The notes beneath the pieces were generated by a model. It was not told the origin of the DNA. It saw only the letters and a list, made by a program, of their open reading frames with translations, and did not search any database. DNA of 64,000 nucleotides from Emiliania huxleyi CCMP1516. Lineage: Eukaryota. Below, piece by piece: positions 21,487-33,175 of this stretch. The stretch lies in contig NW_005202427.1 of the NCBI RefSeq assembly GCF_000372725.1, forward strand, positions 620,001-684,000. Reading direction: 5' to 3'. The position numbers were made by a program, and so were the translations under genes. The first letter of the stretch is position 1, and each line of letters starts with the position of its first letter.

Positions 21487-23074
21487 ATGGGGGAGGCGTC
21501 AGCCTTTGATGAGTCGGATGAGATGAGACCTCCGATGGGCGCCTTCATCAACCAGTATCTGCCGCCAGCCATCCAGCTACTCAGCAACTTTCCTGTCGAG
21601 AGCTACTACCTGCGGCGGAGGGTCGCGGGGAAACTCAATTTTAGGGACGCTGTCTATCGCTTCCTCGCTGACCCCATCTCGAGCCTGCCAGCGTACATAT
21701 ATTCCTGGACGCTTCTCGCGCTCTCTTTTACGTCGGTCGTGACGTTTTGCATGGCGTCGGCGCGCTACTCCGCCATTCTAAAGGACGCCCTCATCGAGTA
21801 TGGCAGTGATAGTGCTGCGTTCGCGGCCTATATTGAAGGCAGATCGGTACAAGGCAGTTGGTTCGCGTGGGAGTGCTTCCTGGGTGGCGCGTTCACCGTC
21901 GAGTTCATCGTCCGCATGGCGGCCTACACCGCAAAGGGCTGGCGCGGGATGATGTTCGACCCGATGCTGTGGGTCGACGCGCTCGCCCTCATCCCGCTGC
22001 TGCTCCGCATCGGGTGCATCGAGACCGCCAACGTCTACCACCTCTCTGCCGCAGAAATGCGCGCCTCCTTGCGCTATCTCCGCGCCCTCCGCCCCTCACT
22101 GCCCGACGGGGCGGTCGCGACGCCGCCGCAGGTACCTGCACAAATACAAGTACTATGACAAAGGCGGCGGGACTCTGATTAGCCTGAACGCGGCATTCTC
22201 GTCGCTGCGGCTGCTTAGGACGACGCGCTTCATGGTGGGGACCAAGATCCTCATGCAGACTCTCCGCTCGTCCCTCACCGCGCTCATCATTCCTTCGTAC
22301 CTCCTCTTCATGCTCGTGACCTTTTTCGGGACCATCCTGTTCGCCTTCGAGTACGACCCGTACGACTACGAGAACGGCTCGCGCGTGCAAGACGTCGGGT
22401 CGTCATGGTGGATGGTGCTGGTCACGATGACCACCGTCGGGTACGGCGACTACAGCCCGCAGAGCACCGCCGGCAAGCTCGTGATGGGCTTTATCATGAT
22501 CGTCGGCGTGACAATCATAGCGATGCCAATCGCGATTGTGGGTAACAACTTCTCGCGCGCGTGGGAGATGCGCACGCTGACGCTAATCTCGCAGAAGACT
22601 AAGGCTAGCCTGCTCAACAATGGCGGGTCGCCTGTTGACGTGGTCAAGGCCTTTGCGAAGTTTGACGAGAACGGCAGCGGGGCGTGCTCGTACGAGGAGT
22701 TCAAGCACGCCGTCACGCAGAAGCTGGGCCTCCGCCTGTCTGGCCACAGGCTGCGCTCCATGTGGCGGACGCTAGACACGGACGAGAGCGGACATATCAA
22801 GTTCCGCGAGTTTGCCGCAGCGATGTTTCCCGAGGTTGAGGAGAATACCCTCAGCACATACCCGAGCGTGTGCAAAGACCAGTCGCTAGGGCCTAAGTCC
22901 ACCGGCGAGGCCAGGTCTACGCAACCGGGCTCTTCTGCGCAGGCAACCACAGACACAGAACAGCGGCTACAGATGCTCGAGGTTGCAACGAATGCGCTAA
23001 CCTCCCAGCAGCAGGCGCTCCAGCGCTCGATAGACGAGCTCATCGGCCTCCTCGTCGACAAAAGGGTGAACTAG
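21487..23074 (+). CDS. 6TM potassium channel (Kv-like) with two C-terminal EF-hands and a coiled coil
   Basis: Selectivity filter TTVGYGD, S6 AMPIAIVGNNF, EF loops DENGSGACSYEEF and DTDESGHIKFREF. A GC-AG intron at 22059-22131 joins the two ORFs in frame. Confidence 0.9.
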
Positions 23075-24169
23075 CCGCCACTTCCGCATTTTTTCGCATT
23101 GACTTGGAGAGAGGATAGAGAGAGAAAAAGTGTTCCAGTCTTAGCAAGCAAAAAGGAGCACACACGACTTGGCAGGTCCGCACCAGCGACTGCCACTCGC
23201 CTAACCATGCCTCGTCACAAGTGCCCTCCCAAATCGCGGACAGGCACACACACTCCGCCTTCTGCCGCGCGCGCCTTCTATGGACGTCCAGTGCAGCACC
23301 TAGGGGGAGAGAGGGGGTTTCTCGCCAGCCAGCGCAGCAGCGGCCAGCGCAGCGGCCGCCGGCGCAGCAGCCAGAGCAGCCGGTGCGCGGGCCTTGCGAG
23401 GCGAGTACTGCCGCCCGGCAGCCTTGAGGCGGCCAGGGGCCAGGCGGCAGTACTCGCTCGAACTTTGCGAGCCCTGCGCGCGCCGAGGCGCGCCCGGCGC
23501 GCGCCCTCCCGGCTGCCAGTAGGAGGCGGCGTAAGATGGCCATAGTACAGCCCTTGAGGAGGAGGAAGAGGCTGGCTGGCAGTGCTGTATGCCGCCGGGG
23601 GGCAGTTTTGGGGTGCTGAGTCGCGCCCAGGGGGCTGCAACGCGTCCGCAACCGGGACAACCCGCCCCCCCAGCCGAGGCCGGTCGAAGCCCACTTGGAC
23701 ACAGCCATGAGGAGTCCTCTTGGTGCTCCTGGCGGCCGTTCAAAGCTCGGAAGCGCGCCGATGGGGGGTGGGTGTGTCTTGGCTCTTGCTTGCTCCTACC
23801 AGCTACCACACCGAGCGCCATCGGTGTCCGGACCGGCGTGCCCAACGGCAACGCAATGAGGGTCGGCCTGCACAAGGTCTGTGCCGCGGGCGCTCGGCGC
23901 CAACACTGGCAAGTGCAGTGTCACGCTCGCGCTCTGGAGCGGCTCACAATGGGGAACCCTCGGTTCCTATTCACTCGGTCCCCCGCAACGGAAGTGAGGC
24001 CTCGCTCCTAAGTCCTATTGGAACACTCCAACATCACTCAACTCTCAAGACGTTCGCATCAGATTTGCCTCGTGCATCCCACTTTTGAGGCGCAAAGCTA
24101 TTTACTTTTGGGTCCTGTGGGCACCCTAGTGTGTCGCCTTCAGGGACGAAGAATAGAGCACTAAAGTCT

Positions 24170-25027
24170 TTACTCGCTGATGCAGGCACCGACTCGGTCC
24201 AGACCCTCGGGTACTTGGCAGGCGTCGTCGGCGGCGTGAGCCGTGTCCGCGTGCAAGTCGGGGCCGGGAGGAGCCCCGAAGAGCGAGAAGAGGCGCCATC
24301 CTGCGAAGCCTAGCCGCCGCTTTACAATGTAGAGCACGACGAGGCAGTAGAAGAAGAGGCCGGCTGCCAGCAGGATGCGGTCGGTGAAGTCGCGCCGCTT
24401 GAGACGGGCGAGTGCGCGGCGCGAGGCGTTGAGCGAGCCGACGATGGCGCGGTGCTCCTGCAGCGTGTCCTGCATCGATCTGCTCTGCGTGTTGAGTGAG
24501 CGCAGCGTCGCGTCCGACCGCTGCAGCTCCTCCGCCATGAGCTTCTGCGTCCGGCTCAGCGTCTCCGTCGTGTCGCGCGCCGAGGCGACGGCGACGCGGT
24601 CCCCCAGCCCCTCTGGCCGGCCCGTGCCGCCCTGGTCGAGCGCGCCGTCCCCGCCACCCCGCCCGCCCATCAGCAGCTCGGCGCGGGCCGCTGCCTCCTG
24701 CTGCGGCCGCTGCGCCTGTACACGCGTGCCGAGCTCCCGCAGCGAGTCTGCGAGCCGGCCGCCCTCCGCCTGATGGCGCGCGACGCGGGCGCCGGCCTCC
24801 GCCTGGTCCGCGGGGATCTCGTGAGCACGGGCGAGCTCCGACAGCTCCTCCACGGCCTCGCTGTGCTGGCGCAGCTTGCGGCGGAGGAGCGGCGCCGCCG
24901 ACTGCAGCTCAGCAAGCGAGAGCGGCTGCGCGGCGTTCCGCTCCGCGAGCCGCACCAGCTCTCGCAGCACCGTCTGCTCGAGCTGCACGAGGGAGAGGGA
25001 GCTCTCGGTGAATACGGCAGCAACCAT
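24170..25027 (-). CDS. SEC20: SEC20/BNIP1 ER SNARE
   Basis: TETLSRTQKLMAEELQRS...L.RLKRRDFTDRILL..GLFFY.LVVLYIVKRRL (Sec20 domain plus TM helix). Confidence 0.88.
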   Translation of the reverse strand: MVAAVFTESSLSLVQLEQTVLRELVRLAERNAAQPLSLAELQSAAPLLRRKLRQHSEAVEELSELARAHEIPADQAEAGARVARHQAEGGRLADSLRELGTRVQAQRPQQEAAARAELLMGGRGGGDGALDQGGTGRPEGLGDRVAVASARDTTETLSRTQKLMAEELQRSDATLRSLNTQSRSMQDTLQEHRAIVGSLNASRRALARLKRRDFTDRILLAAGLFFYCLVVLYIVKRRLGFAGWRLFSLFGAPPGPDLHADTAHAADDACQVPEGLDRVGACISE

Positions 25028-25306
25028 GCCGTCCCCGGGCGTTTTTTTTGCGCATCGGCGCAAGGCGCCCGTTTTGGCGGTGAACGAGCGAAAGATATGT
25101 TTTCTATTTTTCAGCGCATTCTCACCAAAAAAGAACAGGCGCCTCCGTTTCGTTCACGTGTGTCCTCTTCCCTCGCTCTGCAGGCACCGGTGGTCCCCCG
25201 GGGGGGCTCAGTTGAAGATCGGTGAAAAAAGAAGAAAACCTCGACGCATCATCTGTAGTCGAGTATTCTTCCGGGCATCCACGCTGCTGTCGCGGGCCGT
25301 GATCCC

Positions 25307-25810
25307 ATGCGAATCCTCTTTGCCATCCTGCTTGTGCTCAGCACGCATGCACTGGTCCTTCCTTTCTCGCCCGCCAGCGCCAAACGCACGAGGTCTGCTA
25401 CGCCCACGCTGGCCGCCAGCGAGGACGATGAGGAGGACTGTCCGAGCGACGACATCATCAACGCTGCTTACGCAAAGTGAACGCGGCACCTGATCTCGGC
25501 TGACCTCGGCTGACCTCGGCTGATCTCAACTTCGGATCGCGGCACGGCGTGCAGGTCGCAGCCGCCGAGTCCGCCACCGCCACCGCCGCAGCCCGTCACG
25601 CGCGAGGGCGTCGAAGCCTTCAGGGAACGGGCGCGGCGCCGCACAGCAGGAGAGCCGGTGGAAGAATGGGCGTCGAACCTCGAGCGGGAGCCGCCGCCGG
25701 ACCGCGAGCCGGTCCCTCCGACCGCCGAGCAGGCGGCAGCGGCAGACGCCCTCTTCGAGAAGCTCTTGAGCGACGAGGCGCCCGAGGGCTTTGGGGAGGG
25801 CTTGGAGTAG
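25307..25810 (+). CDS. Small two-exon protein (~141 aa) with bipartite (signal + transit-like) leader, unknown function
   Basis: MRILFAILLVLSTHALVLPFSPASAKRTRSATPTL; a GT-AG intron at 25477-25554 gives in-frame continuation to TAG at 25808-25810. Confidence 0.65.
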
Positions 25811-26721
25811 CGACTGTCTCGGACTCAGGTACTCTGACGACTCACAAGAGGTCGAATGAGGGCGCACACCGTTCTCCGTACACAATGTGGTGCGCGGCAA
25901 AATTCATATAGTGTGCGCCATATTGCATATATTTTACAAACACAAATGATGTGTCGGTAGAGTACACACGGCTCTTTACGGGGTGTGGAGGGTGAGTTGA
26001 ACAGGGGTTGTGCGCCAAGCCCTCCTGCTCGGCTCCAGCGAGTAGACAAGTGTTACCATCAACAGAGGAGAAAGGATATGACCTCAGGGCTGCGCGATGT
26101 GACCAAGCGCTGGTAGCGTGGTTTAACCTCACACCCATGGTCTCACAGTGTGCCGGCAGTCGCCGAGCAGTGTCGCTCACACAAGCCGCAGCACAAGTGA
26201 CTGAGGGCCAGTGAGGGCGAGCCCATCGCTGTCACAGCTGTGGCAGCCGCACAGTAGGCTGTGTCAGCTGTGCAGAGTGTGGTGAGCAGCAGAGGAGCTG
26301 CTCTCCAGGCTTCTGGGTCGCAAAGAGCTGCATGCCACCGAAAGCGCTGTCGAGGTTCGCCGAGCGCGGCGAAATCGGGGGACACCGTCACCGACGAGCG
26401 CGTTGGACTTTTCACTCCGGACAAAGACGGCCACACGCACACGAGCTGCGGCCGTGTCGCCGTCATAGCGGCGAGGCGCGGGACGGCGAGGTGGGTCGCG
26501 TCCCCCGATATTGTTGAACCCAGCATCCACACCCTTTACCCCTATACCGGTAAATTTTGCGATCGTGGTCCTCGAGCTCCGACTTGTGCAAAACTCTCGC
26601 GATAGAGACTAGTGTGTAGTGAACGTATAGATGCACACGGAGACTCACACTGTCACTGACTCAAGAGAGTAACAGTTTAGCAATAGAGAAAAGCACACAC
26701 AGCGTGAAATCTGAAGACCAC

Positions 26722-28710
26722 TCAAGTGTCACAAGTCTCGGTGGGCTCGAGGCGGCTCAGCGCGCCCGACGGCTGCAGGAGGTAGCACCGGAGCGGAGCG
26801 CCTCCCTCCTCCGCCTGCGCCAGCGGCGGAGCCGGCGCAAGCAGCCGGCAGCCGGGGCCGGTCGCGATCGCGCGCAGCCGGACGCCCGCCGGCACAGCCC
26901 ACATCTCTACCAACTCACGGCGCGGCGCGTGGATGGCGAGGACGGCGCTTAGCCCGCCGCCCGGCGCGAGCGCGTCGAGCCATCCGCACTGCACGGACCG
27001 GTACCCCTTCCACACGCGGAGCTGCACCAGCGTGGCCCGCTCGAGCAGCAGCACGCGGCCGAGCGAGTCGCTCGCAGCGACGTACCTAGAAGGTTCCCCC
27101 ACGTTCCTAGACGGTTCCCCGACGGTTCCTGACGCTTTCTAGACGGTCGAGCGAGTCGCTCGCAGCGACGCACCTCTTGGTCGGGCCAGATAGGAACCTT
27201 CTAGGAACTTCTAGGAACCTTCTAGGAGCCTGCTAGGAGCCCTAGGAACCTGCTAGGAACGAACCTCTTGCGCGGGTCGGGCCAGACCGCCTCGAAGACG
27301 CGGCCGCCGTCGGACCAGGTGCGGACCGCCGCCTAGAAGGCTCCTAGAAGGTTCCTAGAAGGTTCCTGGAAGGCCGCCGTCGGACCAGAGGGCCGCCGCC
27401 TAAGCACACCGTGATCCCTTGAGCCGCCACCCTCCCCGCCGCTCCACCCTCCCCGCCGCCGCTCGTCCGCCGTCTCTGGCGCGCCGGAGGGAGGGGCAGC
27501 GAGACGGGACGCGACGGTCGAGCCGACGGCGGCGACACGCCCGGCGGTCGCCTCGGGGAGGGAAGGAAGGGCCCGGGGGGGGGGGGGGGGGGGGCGTTAG
27601 GAGGGCCCGCCACCGACCGGCTATTGGGTCGTGGTGTCCGCTGCTATCGGCTTGCCACCGACGGCTATCGGCGGTGCGCAGCTCCCGGCTCGCATCTCCC
27701 GGCTCGCCTCGAGGGAGGAGGCGAGGGCGGGCGACTTTGGCTCGATGGACTCGGTGACGAGGGAGGAGAAGAGGGAGAGGGCGCCCGAGCCTAGAAGGCT
27801 TCCTAGAAGGTTCCTGGAGGCTCCGAGAGTGCTCCTCCTTCGCCCAGAGGCCGCCAAAGCCTAGAGAAGAGCCGAGCGCAACCGCGGCGACACGGCCAGA
27901 CGTCGCCTCCGTGGCGGCGGCCTGCACCTTCGTGGCGGCAGCGGCGGCGTCCGCGTCGGCGGCGGCCGGCGGCGGCGCCTCTGCTGTGGCGACGGTGACG
28001 AGGTGGAGTTGCAGAGAGGCGCCGTCCGTTAGCGTGAGCCCGAGCGAGGGCGGCTCCCTCCCTCTCTCCGCCTCGCCGCGGCCGCCCTTGAGCGCGGCGT
28101 CAACCTCGAGGGGCGGAGAGGGGAGCTGCCCGCCGCTCGCCACGCCGACCCAGCCGCCGCCCGACGGCCGCTCCCCGACGCTGAGCAGGCGGAAGCACGC
28201 GGCCAGCCGCTCGGTCGCCACCCTGCCCCCCCGCCCCTCCCCGCCGCTTGCGAGTCGGCTCGTGAGAGCCTCGCCGAGCGTCGCGGCGCAGACGTGGCAC
28301 AGCGCGCCGCCCGCCCAGAGGCAGAGCAGCGTGCCGCCGTCGGCGTCGCAGCCGCCGAGCGTCTGCGCCGCCAGCTGCACGAGCGGCGAGTTGTGCAGGT
28401 GCAGCCGGAGCAGCCGCGAGCCGTCGCTCGACCACACAGCGAGAGCGCCGCTGCGGTAGCCGACCACGGCCACGACGGCGGCGGCGGCAGGCACGGTCAG
28501 GCAGACCACCGCGCTCGCGTGCTCGCCAGGGGCACGCAGGAGAGTCGGCGAGGTCGGCGCCTCGCGCCGCATAAGGACGACCACCTCGCCGCTCGCAAAG
28601 GCGGTGCAGGCGCCGTCGTGGCTGGCGGCGGAGACCACGTCCTCGGCGCCAGGATCGGCGCCGAGGAAGTGCGAGACGAGGCCGAGGTCGATGATGTCCT
28701 CGACAAGCAT
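26722..28710 (-). CDS. RAB3GAP2: Rab3 GTPase-activating protein regulatory subunit, N-terminal domain (multi-exon)
   Basis: SDSLGRVLLL...LRVWKGYRSVQCGWL...LAIHAPRRELVEMW matches RAB3GAP2_N; upstream WD-like VGYRSGALAVWS. Confidence 0.85.
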
Positions 28711-28824
28711 GCCCAGCGAAGTGGACTGTGGTCGTTCGCACGCTTTTCTTTTTTCATGACTTCGCCGCACCGGTGAATGAACGAGCCAGCGTGCGAGGAG
28801 AGCGGCATTGTGCACGAAGCTAAG

Positions 28825-29040
28825 TGCATTGCCGTTCTTACCGGAGTCGCTTAGGCGGCTCCGGCCGGTGGTTTGCCTGTGTTAGTGCCACAGCACGCGC
28901 CTGCGGCCCCACCCAGCTTCGGCTGAGCCTGAGGGCTGACAAGCTGCCGAGCCCAAATCACTGTGAGAGTCGTGATTTCTTGTTGGTTTTCAAAATCTCT
29001 CCCCCAGTCCGCACCTGTGTCGAGTCTGTGTCTGCTGCGA
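28825..29040. repeat. Dispersed intergenic repeat family; inverted copies at ~55880-55982 and ~63430-63539
   Basis: 28825-28855 is the exact reverse complement of 55952-55982 (31 bp); 63510-63539 has a 1-bp deletion. Confidence 0.85.
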
Positions 29041-29715
29041 GAAATAAATAAACAAAGAGTCGTGAACATCCAAAATCCAAGTGCTCCGAATCGCAAACAT
29101 AGAAACCCAAACACACACAGCCACGTGGGATAGGAGAGCAGGAGGAGAAAGGAGGTCGGCAGAACTTCAAGGTACAAGGACGCACGAGCGAGAATAACAT
29201 AAAAAATAAAATCAAACGGTCACACACTCGATCGCCGTGCAAAGCTCGCTTCCGAGCTCTCACGCCGCGCGTAGGGCCCCTAGGGGCCTAGAGAACACAA
29301 CCCCCCTCTCCCTTTTGTCCCAGTAAGCTAATAGTACAAACGGTCAAACTCTGAGACGAGAAGGGATCTGCTGCGAGAGAGAGTTGTTATGATGCTCCAC
29401 CGCCGCCGCTCCACCGCCGCCGCTCCACCGCCACCGCCTCTGGGCGCGGGCGCGGGCGCGGCTGACGGCGCGGCGACGACGAGCAGCTTCGAGCAGGTGC
29501 GCCGCCCCTCCCATCCCCCGCTCTCTCACGCGTCCGTCTTGACACACACAGGTGAGGGACCGCCCACGCCCCGGGGTCGGTGGCGAGGGTTGGTGGTAAG
29601 ATAGTCGTGGGTGGCGAGCAGTGCGTACGGGGTAGCCGCCACTGCCTGCCTCACAAGGGCGGGGCTGTCCCGGAAAGTGAGAAACGCCGGGCAGCGTGGT
29701 GCACGACTTCAACCT

Positions 29716-29812
29716 AGCACCACACTCCTCTCCTTAAAATCCCTGTGTGGTGGCGGCGTGCCGTCCTCCCATCCCTCCCTTGGGTTGACTGCTTTCTTTC
29801 TTTCTTTCTTTC
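29716..29812. repeat. Dispersed repeat (CCCAAGGGAGGGATGGGAGG family); copies at 45376-45850 (tandem, ~200-bp period), ~10751 and ~63642
   Basis: Near-identical ~70-bp block CAACCCAAGGGAGGGATGGGAGGACGGCACGCCGCCACCACACAGGGATTTTAAGGAGAGGAGTGTG, preceded by (GAAA)n. Confidence 0.85.
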
Positions 29813-31174
29813 AACCTCCCATACGCGTTTTGTTCCGCTTCTCCCACCGGCTGTTCCATCTTCCCCATCTCCTTCCAACCCAGGCGGGGCGGGGAGAGGG
29901 GTCGTGGGGGGGGGGGTCAACATGGAAGGCGCATCGCGCTCCCCAATCGTCTCCGATCTCCCTCGCCTGCTCGCTCGGTACGTAATCGGACCATATCGCT
30001 CGAACTCGAGGGGCACGGCGAGGGTTAGCGACGGGGGTGCGGCTTCAGGGTCGGTGGCGGGCGAGGGGTGGCTGACGGGGCTGGCTGGGGCTGTATGTAG
30101 CCGTTGGTGTAGCAGGTCCACAGTCGGCGTCGCTATCATCTTCCCTCTGCTCTCCGAGTCCTGGCCGCCGCCCGCTGCTCCAATGTGTCCAATGGTACTG
30201 CTCTCGCCCCCCTGCCCCCCTCCGCGTTGCTTCCCTCGTCGGCAGTGTCCGTCTAGGGGCGGTACTGCCATTCGGTCCACACCCGCCGCCAAACAGTTTT
30301 TCGCCGGTCGGACGCGTTTTCGTCCACCGACAGCGCCCGCCATGCCGTCCTGGTCCTGCCATTCGCGCGTCCGGCCCGGACGTCGAACCAACACGGCCTG
30401 GTTTGTGGAGCTCCCGCAGACTAACGTAGAAAGCACGGCATTCGGGGCCATGTTCTCGGTTTCTGTATATCCGTGAATGACCTGGCGCGACGCCTCGCTT
30501 CGCCGAGGTCGTCGCGGCGTGTGAGCGCCCTCCCAGGCCGCCTGCTGATCTCGAGCGCGGCTGGCGCACGCCTCGGCCTCCGCCGCACCCCACCGCGTGG
30601 CGGAAACGAGCCGCGGCGGCCACGGAAGAAAGCGTCGCCTTGGCTCGACGTGGTGTCGCTCGCAGCTGCTCTCGCCGACGGTGAGCCTGGCTGCCCAAGC
30701 ACTGTGAGCCGACCGGATGTGAGCCAGCACTCGCGCTGAGCCGCTCGAGCTGTCGCAGGCGTGCACGAGTCGGCACGGGCTCCTTTCTCTGCGCTGGCGG
30801 ACGCTGTTTGGCGCTGCACGAGCAGTGCGTGCATGCGCGACGCGTCGCGTGTGCACTCAGCGTGCCGAGCCGGCGCCTGTTGTTCTATCACGGCGCCGCT
30901 GCACCACCCGCAACCGACTCCCGCTGCGGAGGGCGGCGCACTCCGCTCTAGGTGGCACGCTCTCGGTGGCACGCTCTCGGTGGCACGCTCTCTTTGGCTC
31001 GCCGAGCAGCATATCGCCACCACCGCTGGATCCGTGCGACAGGTGTGTGCGCATCGCAGCTGCCGAGGGCTAACATGTCCACGCCCCCCTCAACGTGTGA
31101 TCAGGAGCGAGTGGCGACACACTCGCTGTCAATACAAGTCAGGCAGCTGGCCTCGAGCAGTTCGAGCCAGCCTC

Positions 31175-31632
31175 GACCGAGTGTCGCGCGTTGAGGGAGG
31201 CGGCGCATGCTGCCGCTGGCGCCTCCATCGCCACGAGCCTCGCGGCGGCGGTCGCGACGCACCTTGCGGCGTCTCTCGGGGTCATTTCTACGGCGTGCGA
31301 CGCCGTGTGAGGTCGCCGGCGGCCCGCATCTCTGCCGCCGTCGCTCCGCTGGCTGTGACCGAGTTTCGGGCGTTGAGGGAGGCGACGCATGCTGGCGCCG
31401 GCGCCTCCATCGCCACGAGCCTCGCGGCGGCGGTCGCGACACACCCAGCTGCGTCTCTCGGGGCTACCTCTACGGCGCTTGGCGCCGTGTGAGGTCGCCA
31501 GCGGCCCGCATCTCTGCCGCTGTCGCTCCCCCGGCTGTGACCGAGTTTCGGGCGTTGAGGGAGGCGGCGCATGCTGGCGCCGGCGCCTCCATCGCCACGA
31601 GCCTCGCGGCGGCGGTCGCGACACGCCCAGTC
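31175..31632. repeat. ~182-bp tandem repeat, about 2.5 copies
   Basis: GCGCCTCCATCGCCACGAGCCTCGCGGCGGCGGTCGCGAC occurs three times at a regular spacing. Confidence 0.9.
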
Positions 31633-32452
31633 GTGAGTAATCCCACACTCCGCACGTAGCACTGCTCGTTTTCACTTTTGGCGTGTGCGGCATTGCAAAG
31701 CACTGGCCTGGCTGTGTGGCTGGAGCCTGGAGCGTACTCAGGTCGTACTAGTACTTGTGTCTACGCGTGTCACCATTCTTGCAAAACACAGACTGCACTC
31801 CTCGCTCACTTCTTCCTCCCCTTCTTAGGCTCCGGATTCGGCGGTGCCGATGACTTCCGCTTCGCGCCACGCGCCGCCGCCGGCTTCGACGACGAGGACA
31901 GGCCCTCTCTGGTGCGCTACCCGTGTCCGGGTGGGTTGCACTGTCATGTCAGGCATGCTACATGGCCCCTGGAGACTGCCTTGCAGCTGAGGCTGGCTGG
32001 GGACCCTACCTAAGCTCCACAGAAGGCCTGGAGGCTCTTCCCGGCCTGCCCCGAGAGACCGGCTAGGGGAGCCGTGCCGGCACCAACTTTAGCCGTGAAT
32101 ATATCCAGATCCCCCCATGAAACAAAGACCAAACTTCTCCCACATAGCCATTAGGACCCAGTAACTAAAATATGTTGGGCAGGGCAATTTGTTATGAGCA
32201 GAAAAAGAATGGTGGCAGTGGCCCACTATGGCCCACTAGGTGATTGACGGATATGATAAACATGTATGAGAGCGGCTAAATGAAGAGATCGGTCGTTTAG
32301 GCTCGGATTTTTTGAACAGAATCTCGGATTGACCGGACACATCTGTTTGGTGGTTGATGTGTCCAAGCATGCAAGTATTAATTTGCTGCGCTGATAAGAA
32401 TTGCAAGCGACAAATCCTGAAGTGCTAAAATGACAAGTGTCAAAACCTCGGT

Positions 32453-33175
32453 TTACCATCTAGATCTTGAGAGCTCCTGCAGCATGCCCATGTCAACATC
32501 GGTTGTGCGAGCAGGTAGCCCAAGAGCAGCATTGATGCGTTCGAAACAACTGTTGTCACGCGAAGTGACGTCCACTGTAATAGTGTCGCTCTCATCGTGG
32601 GCAAACGGCTGCATACCTTGGAGGTAAATCTCCAACTGCATCTTCTTGTAATTCTCAAAGCTGTACTCACCATACTTCTCACGAAAACACACGCCGCCTC
32701 CGACAGACGCGGGCTGCGGTCCATTCCAGTAGTCCTCGAGAGTCTGTCCCTTTGTCTTCAAGTAAGCCTCAGCTCGCTTCTCCACCCCCTGGACGATGAT
32801 GTCAAGATCGCATTCAAGCTTGAGGAAGACAAGACCATGCTCGCCAAGCCGCTCTCGGAAGAAGTCACGCACTTCACGACGATATATGACATGAGAGATC
32901 ACGATGTCTCGGTGCTCAGCGGCAGCCGACAAGCACGTGTCGCAGAGCTGCAGGTAGCAGGGATGCCAGAGTTCTATTGGAGCAGCTTGATCCTTGAGCC
33001 AATGCCCAAAAGCCTGCTGAATGGATGGCCCGTGGCTTCCACGCACGCAAACATCGCCATCGATGTGATGAAAACCATGGTAGCTAGCGAGGTAATCCCC
33101 AGTTGTGGTTTTGCCGACACCTGGAAAGGCCGTCACAAAAACGATACGACCATTGGATCCAGCTGCCGCAGCCAT
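32453..33175 (-). CDS. P-loop small-molecule kinase (gluconate/shikimate kinase-like)
   Basis: N-terminal IVFVTAFPGVGKTT (Walker A) followed by GFHHIDGD; lies in a lower-GC segment. Confidence 0.75.
   Translation of the reverse strand: MAAAAGSNGRIVFVTAFPGVGKTTTGDYLASYHGFHHIDGDVCVRGSHGPSIQQAFGHWLKDQAAPIELWHPCYLQLCDTCLSAAAEHRDIVISHVIYRREVRDFFRERLGEHGLVFLKLECDLDIIVQGVEKRAEAYLKTKGQTLEDYWNGPQPASVGGGVCFREKYGEYSFENYKKMQLEIYLQGMQPFAHDESDTITVDVTSRDNSCFERINAALGLPARTTDVDMGMLQELSRSRW

Noticed and set aside
24100..24130. Helitron 3' end (hairpin + CTAG|T)
   Set aside because: The hairpin is imperfect and abuts the CTAG, the second copy ends CTAA|A, and no Rep/helicase is seen.
25950..26650. Possible degenerate coding sequence
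   Set aside because: Short protein-like stretches in different frames, but no identifiable family.
29714..30856. 380-aa minus-strand ORF
   Set aside because: No recognisable motif, it runs into a dispersed repeat, and codon bias is unconvincing.
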